In this document: piece after piece, positions 1 through 64,000 of the stretch
Layout of the letters: each line of letters starts with the position of its first letter
How positions within the stretch are numbered: position 1 is the stretch's first letter
Assembly: GCA_963693365.1 (NCBI GenBank)
Contig: CAVNZM010000014.1
Span: 620,001-684,000, forward strand
From: Amoebidium appalachense
Lineage: Eukaryota; Protista; Ichthyosporea
Length of the DNA: 64,000 bases
Reading direction: 5' to 3'
The notes under the pieces: generated by a model
The model's database searches: none
The model's input: only the letters and a program-made list of their open reading frames with translations
What the model was told of the DNA's origin: nothing
Translations under genes and position numbers: made by a program

Positions 1-52
1 TGTGTGGTAATTTACAGAACAAACACAGCGGGATCTTTTCAAAGAACCAAAA

Positions 53-10865
<10,813 letters not shown>

Positions 10866-11190
10866 TGTTTCCTTTTTTGGGAATGTTGGTATTTCCTTTT
10901 TGGAGTGGTGGTATTTCCTTTCTGGAATGGTCGCATTTCCTTTTTTGGAATGGCATTTCCTATTTAAAGTCGTGGTTTTTCCTTTTGGGGTAGGTGTGCA
11001 TTTCCTTTTTACGTTGTGGTTTTTCTCTTTTTGGGTAGGTGGCATTTCCTTCTTGCGTTGTGGTTTTTCCCTTTTGGGATGGGTATTTGCGTTCTCGGAT
11101 GGTTTTTTTTCCTATATTGTTTGGTGGCTGCTCCCTTTTGGGGTATGGGGAATTTTTTTAAGGGTTGTAGTATTTCCTTTTTGGGATGGT
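10866..11190 (+). repeat. Degenerate ~22-24 bp tandem repeat in the SMU1 3' UTR
   Basis: Recurrent motif GGT(G/A)(C/T)ATTTCCTTTTTGG(G/A)A starting immediately after the TAG stop. Confidence 0.6.
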
Positions 11191-11329
11191 GGCTGGGTGG
11201 TGGTTGTGGAGATCGGATGGCTGTCTGTCAGGGGGGGGGGAGAGTTCTAGGCGGCACATTATTCTTGCCCGAATGTGTGCAAAGAAAAACACAAGCCATT
11301 TTCACATGTTGCACAGGCACAACGTCGTG

Positions 11330-11396
<67 letters not shown>

Positions 11397-11713
11397 ACTC
11401 ACACACTCACACTCACTCACTCACTCACTCACTCACTCACTCACTCAAACACACACACACACACACGCAAACACACACACACACACACGCAAACACACAC
11501 ACACACACACACATACACATACACATACACGCACACACGCGCGCGCGCGGCAAACACACACACACACACATGCATACCCTTTCTATCTTGTGACGGCATG
11601 AAAGACGTGGTGTGGCAGTGCACACCCACGAATGCAACACGAAACGAAAGTAGACACTCTTGTGTCATCTGGCTTTGTCTTCTTGACTTTTCAGTCTTAT
11701 TATCCCCCCCCCC

Positions 11714-11757
<44 letters not shown>

Positions 11758-12041
11758 AAAAAAAAAGATGATACCACCAGCAAAAGATGATACCACCAGC
11801 ATTCCACATGCGCGCGCGCGCGGCACGCACAAGCACACACGCACACACGCGCGATGCCAAGGGCGCACCCTCACATGTTGATCGAAGGTACATGTACGTG
11901 CGTGTGTGTATATGCTTGTTTTCAAATGTGTGTATGTGCTTGTTTTCAAATGTGTGTACTTTGGACATAGGTAAGCGGCTGTGGCTGTGGTGGTCGCGTG
12001 GAGATTCCGTGCAAATGGACTGAGAGGCGAGAAGGGGGGAG

Positions 12042-12072
<31 letters not shown>

Positions 12073-12957
12073 TCACTCTCGAGGGAGCATTCGCCGGTTC
12101 ATCGTTTTCAATGTGATGTTCGTTTAATCATTGGATGAAACGTGTTCAATTCAGTCATTCAAACGCAGTCACATGGCAATGATCCGAACCCAAAGCATCT
12201 ATCGTATTTATGTTCACATGCGCAAGTATCAATAAGCTTAAGTGGTGGTATGCATGGTATGCGGTCTTGATATCAATTATATCACGATATTTGCTTGAAA
12301 ATAGTACACGTATGTGTGCCTCACAGTAGTATCACGTACTTGTAAACAGACACTAAGCTAATTAACGCAGGTGACATGCTGCAAGGAAGGTTCAATAGCA
12401 AAATTTTAGATCTATTTCCGCTCTGTACCACTCCCCCCCCCCCCCAAAAAAAAAAAAAAAGAAAGAAAAAAAAAGCCACTCCTGTGTAAAGTACTGGCAG
12501 GCTACGGCTATCTGCCCAGGAAAATATGCGCGCCTACTTTTGCACGTGTAAACACACAAAAGACTGCCCCTATAACCAAATATAACGAAGTGAGTCGTTG
12601 TTCGTTACCAGCAAAATCAGCACTGCCAGGCCATCATTGCACCAAACCACCTATAGCTATTATCTCAGAAAAAACGGTGTTAAAACAGATACGGATAAAC
12701 GAGTGTGTGGATGTCTCTGTTGATATGTACGTGCTTGTGTCATGTCATGTACATGTACAGGGTTGGCAAGTGTTCTCTAAAAAAAAAAAAAAAACCCTCT
12801 GTCCTTAAGAGTGTGTGCATGTGTGTGCATGTATGCGGATGTGTGTGTATGCATATGTGCATGCGTGTGTGCATGTCTGCATTTACAGACACCCCTCATA
12901 CCATCTCCACACAGCCAATATCCACAATTATTCCCCAACCGTGAACATTTCACCCCC

Positions 12958-17065
<4,108 letters not shown>

Positions 17066-19848
17066 GTTGAGATGCTTTGGAAATACAAGAAATCGAAGGG
17101 ATTCTTTGGCAACTTATGAGATCTATCAAAGGGCCTTATTATCTGAAAGCACAGGCAAATAGGAAGCTATAAGTGTATATAAGTGAACAGCATTCAAACG
17201 TAAGACCTTGGGATACATATAGCTGTCAACATAAGCCGAGATACTGCAAAACTGGCCGGTGAATTATGGAACAAGATTCGTCCACTTTTTCTACTCGGAT
17301 AATAATTTTTTATAATGTTTGTTTGTGTGCGTCCTTCTAACTCTCCATTATCCAATAATTATAATATAATTCCATAAGCAAACAATGCACCACTGAAAAG
17401 GAAGGAGAAAATGAAAGGACAAACAAACGCTGTGCAACTTGTACACAGAACGTGAAAGTGATGGATCGGATGGAATGCGCGTGCAATGTTCTGATTAGTC
17501 GAAGAAGCAAGCGGTGCGCGCGTAGCCAATACGAGCGATTTCCATAAAAGGTTAAGTATAGGCAAAACCAATCGGACGAAGCCACTGGCCTCCTAATATG
17601 GAAGGTTGTTGGCGCCAAAATCCTCAAGGCGATCATCGGAAACTTTCTAGAAGATCCAGTGCTGGTACGAACGGTGCACAGAACGGTGCACGTGTACTGA
17701 GTATTAGTTTGTAGTAAGCCTGTTAACCGTAATTAAAAAGAAAGCAAAGCAAGCGGTTTTTTTTTTTTAGACGAAACACCCAGGAAAACAAGTGTGTGCG
17801 TCTTGTCTTCTTAGAGTGAAGCATGCCTGCACCCATGACTCGATGCCTACGCTTTTGATGGTTGTGACCGGGCCAACCAGACGAGCCGTCGTGCTTTTGT
17901 TCTGATACACTGCACCACACCAACGCACAATCAGTGCACATGAATTTCTCAATAAGTCACAAACGGAAAAGGTCTTTGCATCACTCATAATACACAAAGT
18001 TAGCTGTACCCGGCGCAAGAATAACTTGTTTTATGTCCGGCACTCGAACTTTACGTTAACCCAACCATTCGGGGGTGCAACCCACTATATAGATATGCTC
18101 CACACTCTTTCTGAAGAGCAAGTGCATTGGCCAGGTTTACAAAAAGATAGAAAGGCAAGCACGAAGCAGCCTTTTTGCAAGTGAAAGGAAAGAGAGGCCC
18201 AACTGCCTGCTCAGCGAGGGAGAATTCAAGGATCGCTCACAAAAAATGCAAGGCAGCCTGCGCCAGTGCGGAGAGCAAAGTGTGTGTAGCTGAAACCAAA
18301 GGTGGGGGAGATGGTTTCGCTGTAGAGGGCTTGACGGCACCGGACCGGATCTACGAGATTAACATGCACACAACATCTATTCCGTGCTTCTCCAGTCAGG
18401 TAGCGTCAGCCATATAGCAGGCAAAATAGACTACCAGTAGACCAAGATCTAACAGCCCAACGTGAATGTTGTATGTATGATACAGTGCAGGTTGCCCGTC
18501 TGGACGTGCAAATGAATCCCGCCTGTGCAGCCTTTCTGTCGTTGCTGCCTGTCTGTGTTTATTCTTACCCGGATATGAACTACATGCATTAAACACAGAG
18601 GCCGTGAGATGGAGTCGTTAACACCAACAGCGATTTGTAACCAGAGCTCCAATTTTGCACACTCATTTCGCTACAGAAGCTAGAAATACCTTAATAAAGT
18701 AAAAAATTTGCACCGCATATCAGTTTTTTCCTGCTATCTACCACTGCTTATTCATTGGGACGTTCACAAAACTCGCGCAATTGCAGGCGTCCATGTTCCG
18801 ATTAATAGTGTCCATGATCACATCGCGCTGTACAGTTTTGCGTAATACGGACTAAACAGCTGCCAAAAACGTGCAGCGGGTGCATTCATTCCCCATAAGC
18901 CACGCTATTCCAGTTCTAATAATACCCTCTCGAAAATATTTGTCATTGAAACAAGTGTTTTTTTTTTGTTTTTTTTTGGGTGTTTGACTTACAAAGAGTA
19001 GGTCAATGAACTTTTAGAATCCTGCGACTCATGTTGTGGCGGCCATATCGCAATCTATCCAGATCTATGGTTCAGCCAATCAGCATGCTCTTTACAACAC
19101 TTCCCTTTCATGGTAGGTATTTGAGTGCGTTCTTAGTCACTGGGGACTATGTGCATTAACCGGGAGTCATATTTTGACTTGTGGGTTACTCAATAAATAA
19201 TTAAAATCCGAGCTGCTACCGAGAGAAACATTCAGTAATTAGCAAAAAAAAGCTCTAATGTTACGCAGATATCGTTCTTTTATCACACTTTTAAGTGTTC
19301 GAAAGAGCTCAGCTGACAGGACCTTGCAAACATATGGTGCACGCCACCCCCCTATACCCTTTGCTCGTGCGTAATATTACAAATCAATTACTATTGTGCA
19401 TTTGATTGGATACAGGTCATATGTTGCCTGAGTGCAAGCCAATAAGCAAGATCTACCGTTTGTTGTGGGCGGTCGACACAGGGCTACGCGCAGCTGCTAC
19501 GCGCATGCACGTCACCGTCACGAAAGCCCACGTCTGCTACAGGGCGTTATGTCCGACTCCCGCATTGTTCGTGTAGTGTTCGTATTGTATGCATGGTGCT
19601 TGTGGAGTAGAAGTGTGCAGTAGAGCCAATGTTTACACAACGTTCCACAGGCATTTACTCTTCGTTCGTTTAGCCCACATCTCTGAGCACCGGAAAACAG
19701 ATGGACGAGATCTTGAGTGGGGTAGTTGATGAAGGTAATGACTTTGGCAGGGTACAGATTCAGAAGAAATTTGGGCAAAATGAATCTTGAACGATAACTA
19801 GATAAGTTTCTTGGTAAAGGTTGAGAGAAGAAAACATGACGCCCTTAG
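17066..19848. promoter_or_regulatory. Divergent (bidirectional) intergenic/promoter region between the carrier gene and the globin-RGS-oxidoreductase gene
   Basis: Head-to-head starts at 17065(-) and 19849(+). The region is nearly free of the microsatellites and long G/C homopolymers seen elsewhere and contains several CCAAT/ATTGG boxes (e.g. ~17526, ~17569, ~19076, ~19405). Confidence 0.45.
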
Positions 19849-25882
<6,034 letters not shown>

Positions 25883-25978
25883 GGGGTTGGGTGGTTGCTC
25901 ACAAACAAACCTGCAACCCTCCTTCCCCCCCCCCCCCCCCCCCCGGGCACCTTCATAAACGGTGTCACACACACACAC

Positions 25979-26026
<48 letters not shown>

Positions 26027-27250
26027 CACACACACACGCACACGCACAGGCACCCACACACACACACACGCACACACACGCGCGCACACACACACAACTA
26101 CACAACCACCAACACACACATGCACAGCCACACACACACCTGCGGGCGTGGGTTTACAAGGACAAACGCAGGTGCCCACGTTTTGCAAATATATCAAGTG
26201 GCGCATACTAAGACACACACTCTTTTCCACACACACACACATGTTTTGCACAGACACCAAGCGCTGTTACTTTGAGCGTGGTCTAGACGTTACTAGCAAC
26301 ATAAGATTCGTGAAAGGTGAAAGTTCAGTGTATAAGTAGTGGGGATTAGAACGAATGCACGTGATTGCGTATGTTGAGTGGGAAGTTTTGTAGAATGTTG
26401 ATGACTGAGTCGTTTCGTAGTCGCGATAGAATGCGTTTGCTTTGTCACCTGTTAGTCTTGTGGTGTCGCCAAGCATACCACGCATATATGTGTGTGATGG
26501 TGGTTATACTTTTAGCACGTACATAATATCTAGGTTAAGAATGATTGATTGCATATGAACTGAAATGCGGAATGTTGATGCATGTTGAGTGTTGAATCCG
26601 GAGAATGCTTGAAACATATGGGTATGTGGTGGTGGTTGCTGCAGCTGAGTGGTGGTGAATTTGAGGTTTAGGTCAATCTTCGTGCCTAGTTGGAACGCTA
26701 GCTATAGGTACTCACCACCGTCGTGGTTGATGAGTATCAGAATCTGGAAACTGCAAGGATATGTAAATTGGAATCATGCTTGCTTGGCAAACATGAGAAG
26801 CATTTCTCTCTCATCAACAAATATGCAGATATCGATGAAGATTATATTTTAGTGCCAGATTTTGCCATGCCAGCGGGTTTACAACTGCAACACGTGCACC
26901 GACACACGAGGAAAAACATGCACAGCATGCACACCCACAAGAGTAACACCGTTGGAAATGCTGATCGGTGACGTTAAGTACACAACATGTACAAACACGT
27001 ACACACACACACACACCACACACACGTACAGGCGTGTTCCACCTTACAAGCATATTCCTCCATACACGTTGCACACTGCGTGCACATGACTTTCGTACGA
27101 TAGACCTGCCTGTATTGTGCACACACGCCAACACCTCCCATTCAAATATGTATCGACAATTATTGCTCCAACCAACTTGCCCATATCTTTGCATTATCTA
27201 TCTCTCTCTATCATCCCTCCATCTCGGTTTTGGGTGCGCCTGCAGCCCAG

Positions 27251-27286
<36 letters not shown>

Positions 27287-28039
27287 TTCCCCCTCCCCCC
27301 TCCCCTGAACATACATTGTGCACTTACCCACGCCTGTGGTGTGCCCCTATTGACTCTCATATGCATCCACACAAACCACCCTCACTAATCAACCCTATAC
27401 ACAACGCTTGAGCAATACTATGTGTACATGATATGCTTCTCACGATATGTTCCAGCAAACATGCAACTTGCCGGTGGGTACTACCATAACGCCTATTAAA
27501 CACCCTTCAACTGTTTCTGCTATCATCATATCCTTCGTGCATCAAACCCGTCAGTATTGCACACACATCCATCAACATAGCACGTCATCGTGTATATCCT
27601 TTCATATCGCTAGCACCACTTTGAAAAATATATCCTTCTACGGTTGCATATCTTCCATAAACACGGGCCAATAATACACGAGTATAGAGTTGGCACACAC
27701 AAACACATTCATGCAAACACATGTACCCCCCCCCCCCCCCCCCCCCCTCCCCCCCCCTCCACCCCCCAGCCCCAGTCACCCACCGTTCCACCGCGGACAC
27801 ACTACACACACACGTTAAAGCGCTCTTTCAAAATTGAAAAAAAAACGCGACTAAGGACGGCAAAGTGAAGGATACGATCCTACCAGCCTTTTACTCTATA
27901 GCAGGGGCTAGATGTACGTAGGTGCAAGCAGATGATATATAGGCTGTCATTCATTCGATTAGTCGTAATGTGATTAAATGTCACCCCAAAGCCAACATTC
28001 ACACACAGCAGAGAGCAACCACACATCCTTCGTTCTAGT

Positions 28040-60148
<32,109 letters not shown>

Positions 60149-60201
60149 TACAACAGCAAAAAATCAAGACCCCGAAATCAAGACCCCCAAAGGGGGGGGG
60201 G

Positions 60202-60798
60202 TTTTGAATGCGTCAAAAAGTACGAAGTACACAAGAACAAACGGATAACACGATGCAGAATGCAAGCCATACATAAAGAGTATGCATAATAAGCAGAGCC
60301 CATCCTCAGGGGGGGCCCACGTCATCCACAGTACCCGAGTTTCGACCTATTCCCCTCGTTAACGAAACCCAACTCAGATACTGTTTCACTTGAACATGAG
60401 TAGGTCACCCGTCTTGATCAGAGACGAGCAGGGTTGCTTATGCAGGCAAGGGCAGTGGGAAAGGCCGGGGGTTAAAGTTGCAGCAGTAAGCAGAAGCAAG
60501 AAAAATATAGATAGGAACTCAGGAGACGGGGCTTCTAGGAAGCTCCCCCGTCGATACCTAAGTCGATACTTCCCTGGCTAACATACTACACCAGCTGAAA
60601 AGAATTAAGTCCCGAAGGCCACAGAATTCGTAATCAGAGGGGAAAATATGAGATTTGACCCACGCCGCAGGGTAGTAACACGCTTACTAGGGCGGAACTT
60701 TATCGTCTTCGAACGGAAAGCTATGCCCCCGGATGTCAGCCGGAAATATGGTATCACCCATTGCTTTGGGCTTGAAAAAAGCCAAACCGATAGTCCGT
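60202..60798 (-). mobile_element. Copy F (longest, ~600 bp) of the poly-C/G-embedded repeat
   Basis: Matches the other copies to ~60558; unique sequence then continues to the next G-run at 60799. The extent beyond 60558 is inferred. Confidence 0.75.
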
Positions 60799-61097
60799 GG
60801 GGGGGAGATGTGTGTGTGTGTGCGTGTGTGCGTGCTTGTGTGTGTGTGTGTGCGTGTGTGTGTGTGTGTGTGTCTGTGTGGACATGTGTGCGTGCACGCG
60901 CGCACATACAACATATATAAATACACATAATATAGTAAGAAAAAGGTTACAAATGCCACGTGGTTTGTATGTACTTAATAAACATCCAAGGAACCATACC
61001 GAATACCCCCCCCCCCTTCCCCCCCCCCCCCCCCCCCCTCCGGGGGCCCTTTCAAGACTGGTCATTTGCCTAGAGTAAACAGCATGAAGCCCCCTCC

Positions 61098-61130
<33 letters not shown>

Positions 61131-61538
61131 ACACACACACATACAAACCACAAAATAAGCACCCTTAGCCACACCACCCTGCCACCCACAGGTCCACTCA
61201 CCCTTCGAAAAATCTCTCTCTCTCTCTCTCTCTCCCCCCCCCCCCCCCCCCCACCCACCACCACCACCACCACCACCCACCCACCCACCCACCTACCCAC
61301 AAAGACACACAAATCCCCCCTCCCCCCCTCCCCCCTCTCCCCCCCCCCCCCCCCCCCCCCCCCCCACGCACACACACAAACACACACACTCATACCTATC
61401 CCCCCCCCCCCCCCCCCCCCCCCCCTCTCTCTCTCTACCCCCCTCCCCCCGGTAACTGCGGCTAGGAATAAATGAAATCCGATCGGCTGCAATCGACGAT
61501 GGAATTGGTCGACATGGATCTCACTGCAACATCCCAAA

Positions 61539-62052
61539 TCACAAATCCATGAAGTAGCACGCAAGATCATCACTCATGGCCAGTGTATGCTCTACCGCCT
61601 TCCAGCAATCCTTTACGGTTTGTGTAACTATCAATGGAGTGTTTAGCCGCAGCGTCATGCACAAGCAACCACCACCAACAAACACAAAAATATGCAAGAA
61701 ACCAAAAACGAGTGCACATGTGCAATCAAAGCACAAACACGCACCTTGTTCTGACTCCTCATTCTCTTCCAACATTGATTTCAGTTGGTTCTGGAACCCA
61801 GTTGTCGTGTCGGCCCCAAACTCCTTCTCCCAGTCCTGCAACACACAACACACCGTCAACATCATTATGCCACGTGTAACCGGATGGACGGGTGTGTCTG
61901 CGTCGGTGGTTGTGTGTGTGTGTGTGTAATTTTTTTATTTTTATTTTTTTTTTTGGGGGGGGGGGGGGGATAACAAGGTGGTGTAACGTGTGTGTTGATG
62001 GACAACATATGTGTAACCATAGGCATGCTGACTTGTGTCGTGTGTGTGAACT

Positions 62053-62085
<33 letters not shown>

Positions 62086-62793
62086 TCGTGCTGATATGTC
62101 CTGTGTGCGAGTATTGAGGTGTGTGTGTATGGATGTGTTGGTATGTGTGTGCATCGTGTGTGCAGGTTGTAGTGTTTGGTGTGCGTATGTGTGTGCGGAC
62201 AAGTACATGTGCTGTGTGTATGGGTGTACGAACATGTACAGGCGTTCTGTGTACAAGTGTGCTAATAAGGGTGTCTGTAAGGTTGGGGGCGTTCGAGTAT
62301 ATGACAGCATATATGAGCCAACCACCATCTACCCCCCGCTCCATTACTCCCTTCATGCCCATGTGTGTTCAGCCCAACTCCACCCAATCAAAACATTCCA
62401 GTATCTACCATTTTGGACCCGATCGAGGTTGATCGGATCAAGGATTTCAATGGGCCCAGCGTGCCTTGTGAATCTCTCGAATCCATCGATTACGATAACG
62501 CAATGGAGGGCGTGACGTAAAAAGAGCCCCGGAATGACTTCACACCCTCGATTGTGTAATTATGATCGACAGATTCGAGAGAATCATAAGCAGTGCCAAG
62601 CCCATTTGAAATCCTCGATCGGATCAACCTCGATTGGGTCCAAAATGGTAGACATGGGCCTTGCTTTAAAGCCCTCCCGTAACACCTATTTATAAACAGG
62701 ACCAGACCCCCACCTCATCTTCAGACTGGCTGGCAAATGTCTCCAATATTGGAGCTGTGGGCTGGCTAGGCTGCTGTTTTGGCACAAAGGGCA
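61539..62793 (-). CDS. Three exons of an unidentified minus-strand gene (62793-62714, 61835-61745, 61627-61539); 5' part not identified, likely beyond the window
   Basis: Phase-compatible GT-AG joins give PFVPKQQPSQPTAPILETFASQSEDE|DWEKEFGADTTTGFQNQLKSMLEENEESEQ|VTQTVKDCWKAVEHTLAMSDDLACYFMDL*. These could alternatively be upstream exons of the large gene below. Confidence 0.55.
62408..62648. mobile_element. MITE (~240 bp) with ~45-bp imperfect TIRs and a probable TA target-site duplication (Tc1/mariner-like)
   Basis: TA-CCATTTTGGACCCGATCGAGGTTGATCGGATCAAGGATTTCAATGGGC ... GCCCATTTGAAATCCTCGATCGGATCAACCTCGATTGGGTCCAAAATGG-TA. Confidence 0.75.
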
Positions 62794-63328
62794 CTGCAAT
62801 GTAGTTGGGTTACGTGCACGTGTGGGTATATGGGGGCATGTGCACGATGCATGGGCGATGGCATTGACACTGTGTGTGCACGTGTAGGAATAGGGGTGCT
62901 TGTGTGCATTCAAGGTTGGGATATCTCACGGAGGGGGGGGGCGGGGGGGAAGAGCTCTGCAAACCCAAAAGCCATGGCTACCTTTGAGGAGCATCAAAAT
63001 GGTTGAGATGGGATATGGTGAATAAATCACGTAGGAGGGTAAAAAAGGAAGAGGGGGGAGGGGACCGGATGTGTGGGTGTGTTGGGGGAGGGGGGGGGGG
63101 GGGGGGGGGGGACATGGGGAGAGGCAGGGGGAGGGGGAGGGGGAGGGGAGGGGGAGGGGAGGGGCAGGGGGGTGGGGAGGGGAGTGGGAGGGGGAGTGGG
63201 AGGGGGGAGTGGGAGGGGGAGTGGGAAGGGGAGGGGGAGGGGGAGGGGGAGGGGGGAGGGAAGGGGAGGGGGAAGGGGAAAGGGACGGGAAAGGGGAGGG
63301 GAAGGGGTATGTGGAGGGGGAGGGGGGG

Positions 63329-63685
63329 TTTGAATGCGTCAAAAAGTACAAAGTACACAAGAACAAACGGATAACACGATGCAGAATGCAAGCCATACAT
63401 AAAGAGTATGCATAATAAGCAGAGCCCATCCCCAGGGGGGGCCCACGTCATCCACAGTACCCGAGTTTCGACCTATTCACCTCGTTAACGAAACCCAACT
63501 CAGATACTGTTTCACTTGAACATGGGTAGGTCTCCCGTCTTGATCAGAGACGAGCAGGGTTGCTTATGCAGGCAAGGGCAGTGGGAAAGGCCGGGGGTTA
63601 AAGTTGCAGCAGTAAGCAGAAGCAAGAAAAATATAGATAGGAACTCAGGAGACGGGGCTTCTAGGAAGCTCCCCCGTCGCTACCT
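63329..63685 (-). mobile_element. Copy G of the poly-C/G-embedded repeat
   Basis: Same fixed end (G7-TTTGAATGCGTC); truncated at ...CCCCGTCGCTACCT, followed by G6; a few substitutions relative to copy F. Confidence 0.82.
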
Positions 63686-63939
63686 GGGGGGAAGGGGGAG
63701 GGAGGGAGGCGCGGGAGGAGGGGGGAGGGAGAGGGGGGGAGGGAGGGAAGGGGGAGAGAGGGGGGCGAGGGGAGAGGGGGGGGGGGGGGAGAGGGAAGAC
63801 AAGGAGAGGGAGGGAGAAGGAGAGGGAGAGAGAGGGAAAGAGGGAGAGGGAGAGGGAGAGGGGGGGGGGGGGGGGAAGGGGGAGGGGGGGGGGAGGGAGA
63901 AAGGGAAAGAGAGGGTGGGGGGGTGTTTGTGTATGTGTG

Positions 63940-63979
<40 letters not shown>

Positions 63980-64000
63980 AGGCGGAGGCGGGGAGGGAGG

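Noticed and set aside
17668-17691. Direct repeat GAACGGTGCAC x2 as a regulatory site
   Set aside because: Too short, with only two copies; no independent support.
60390-60959. Short ORFs inside the longest repeat copy as RT or endonuclease remnants
   Set aside because: No recognisable RT, RLE, APE or zinc-knuckle motifs; stops interrupt the element-sense frames.

Overview
Intron-rich eukaryotic (protist-like) genomic DNA. Introns are filled with (CA/TG)n microsatellites and poly-C/poly-G runs, so almost all ORFs in the supplied track are low-complexity artefacts. Manual GT-AG splicing recovers: (1) a complete 13-exon SMU1 spliceosomal WD40 gene (+, 53-10865); (2) a divergent 4-exon mitochondrial carrier (SLC25) gene (-, 12958-17065); (3) head-to-head with it, a 5-exon gene that apparently fuses a globin, an RGS domain and an AIFM2/FSP1-like FAD/NAD(P)H oxidoreductase (+, 19849-25882; one apparent homopolymer frameshift); (4) a very large multi-exon helical/TPR-like gene with a possible CHAT-like C-terminus (-, ~28040 to >=60148) that hosts an intronic tRNA-Leu(AAG); (5) three further minus-strand exons at 61.5-62.8 kb. 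Mobile DNA comprises two MITEs and at least 6-7 copies of a structured, one-end-truncated element that always lies inside G/C homopolymer tracts. The two most notable candidates are the globin-RGS-oxidoreductase fusion and the poly-C/G-associated retroelement-like repeat. All domain calls come from motif recognition by eye; no searches were run.
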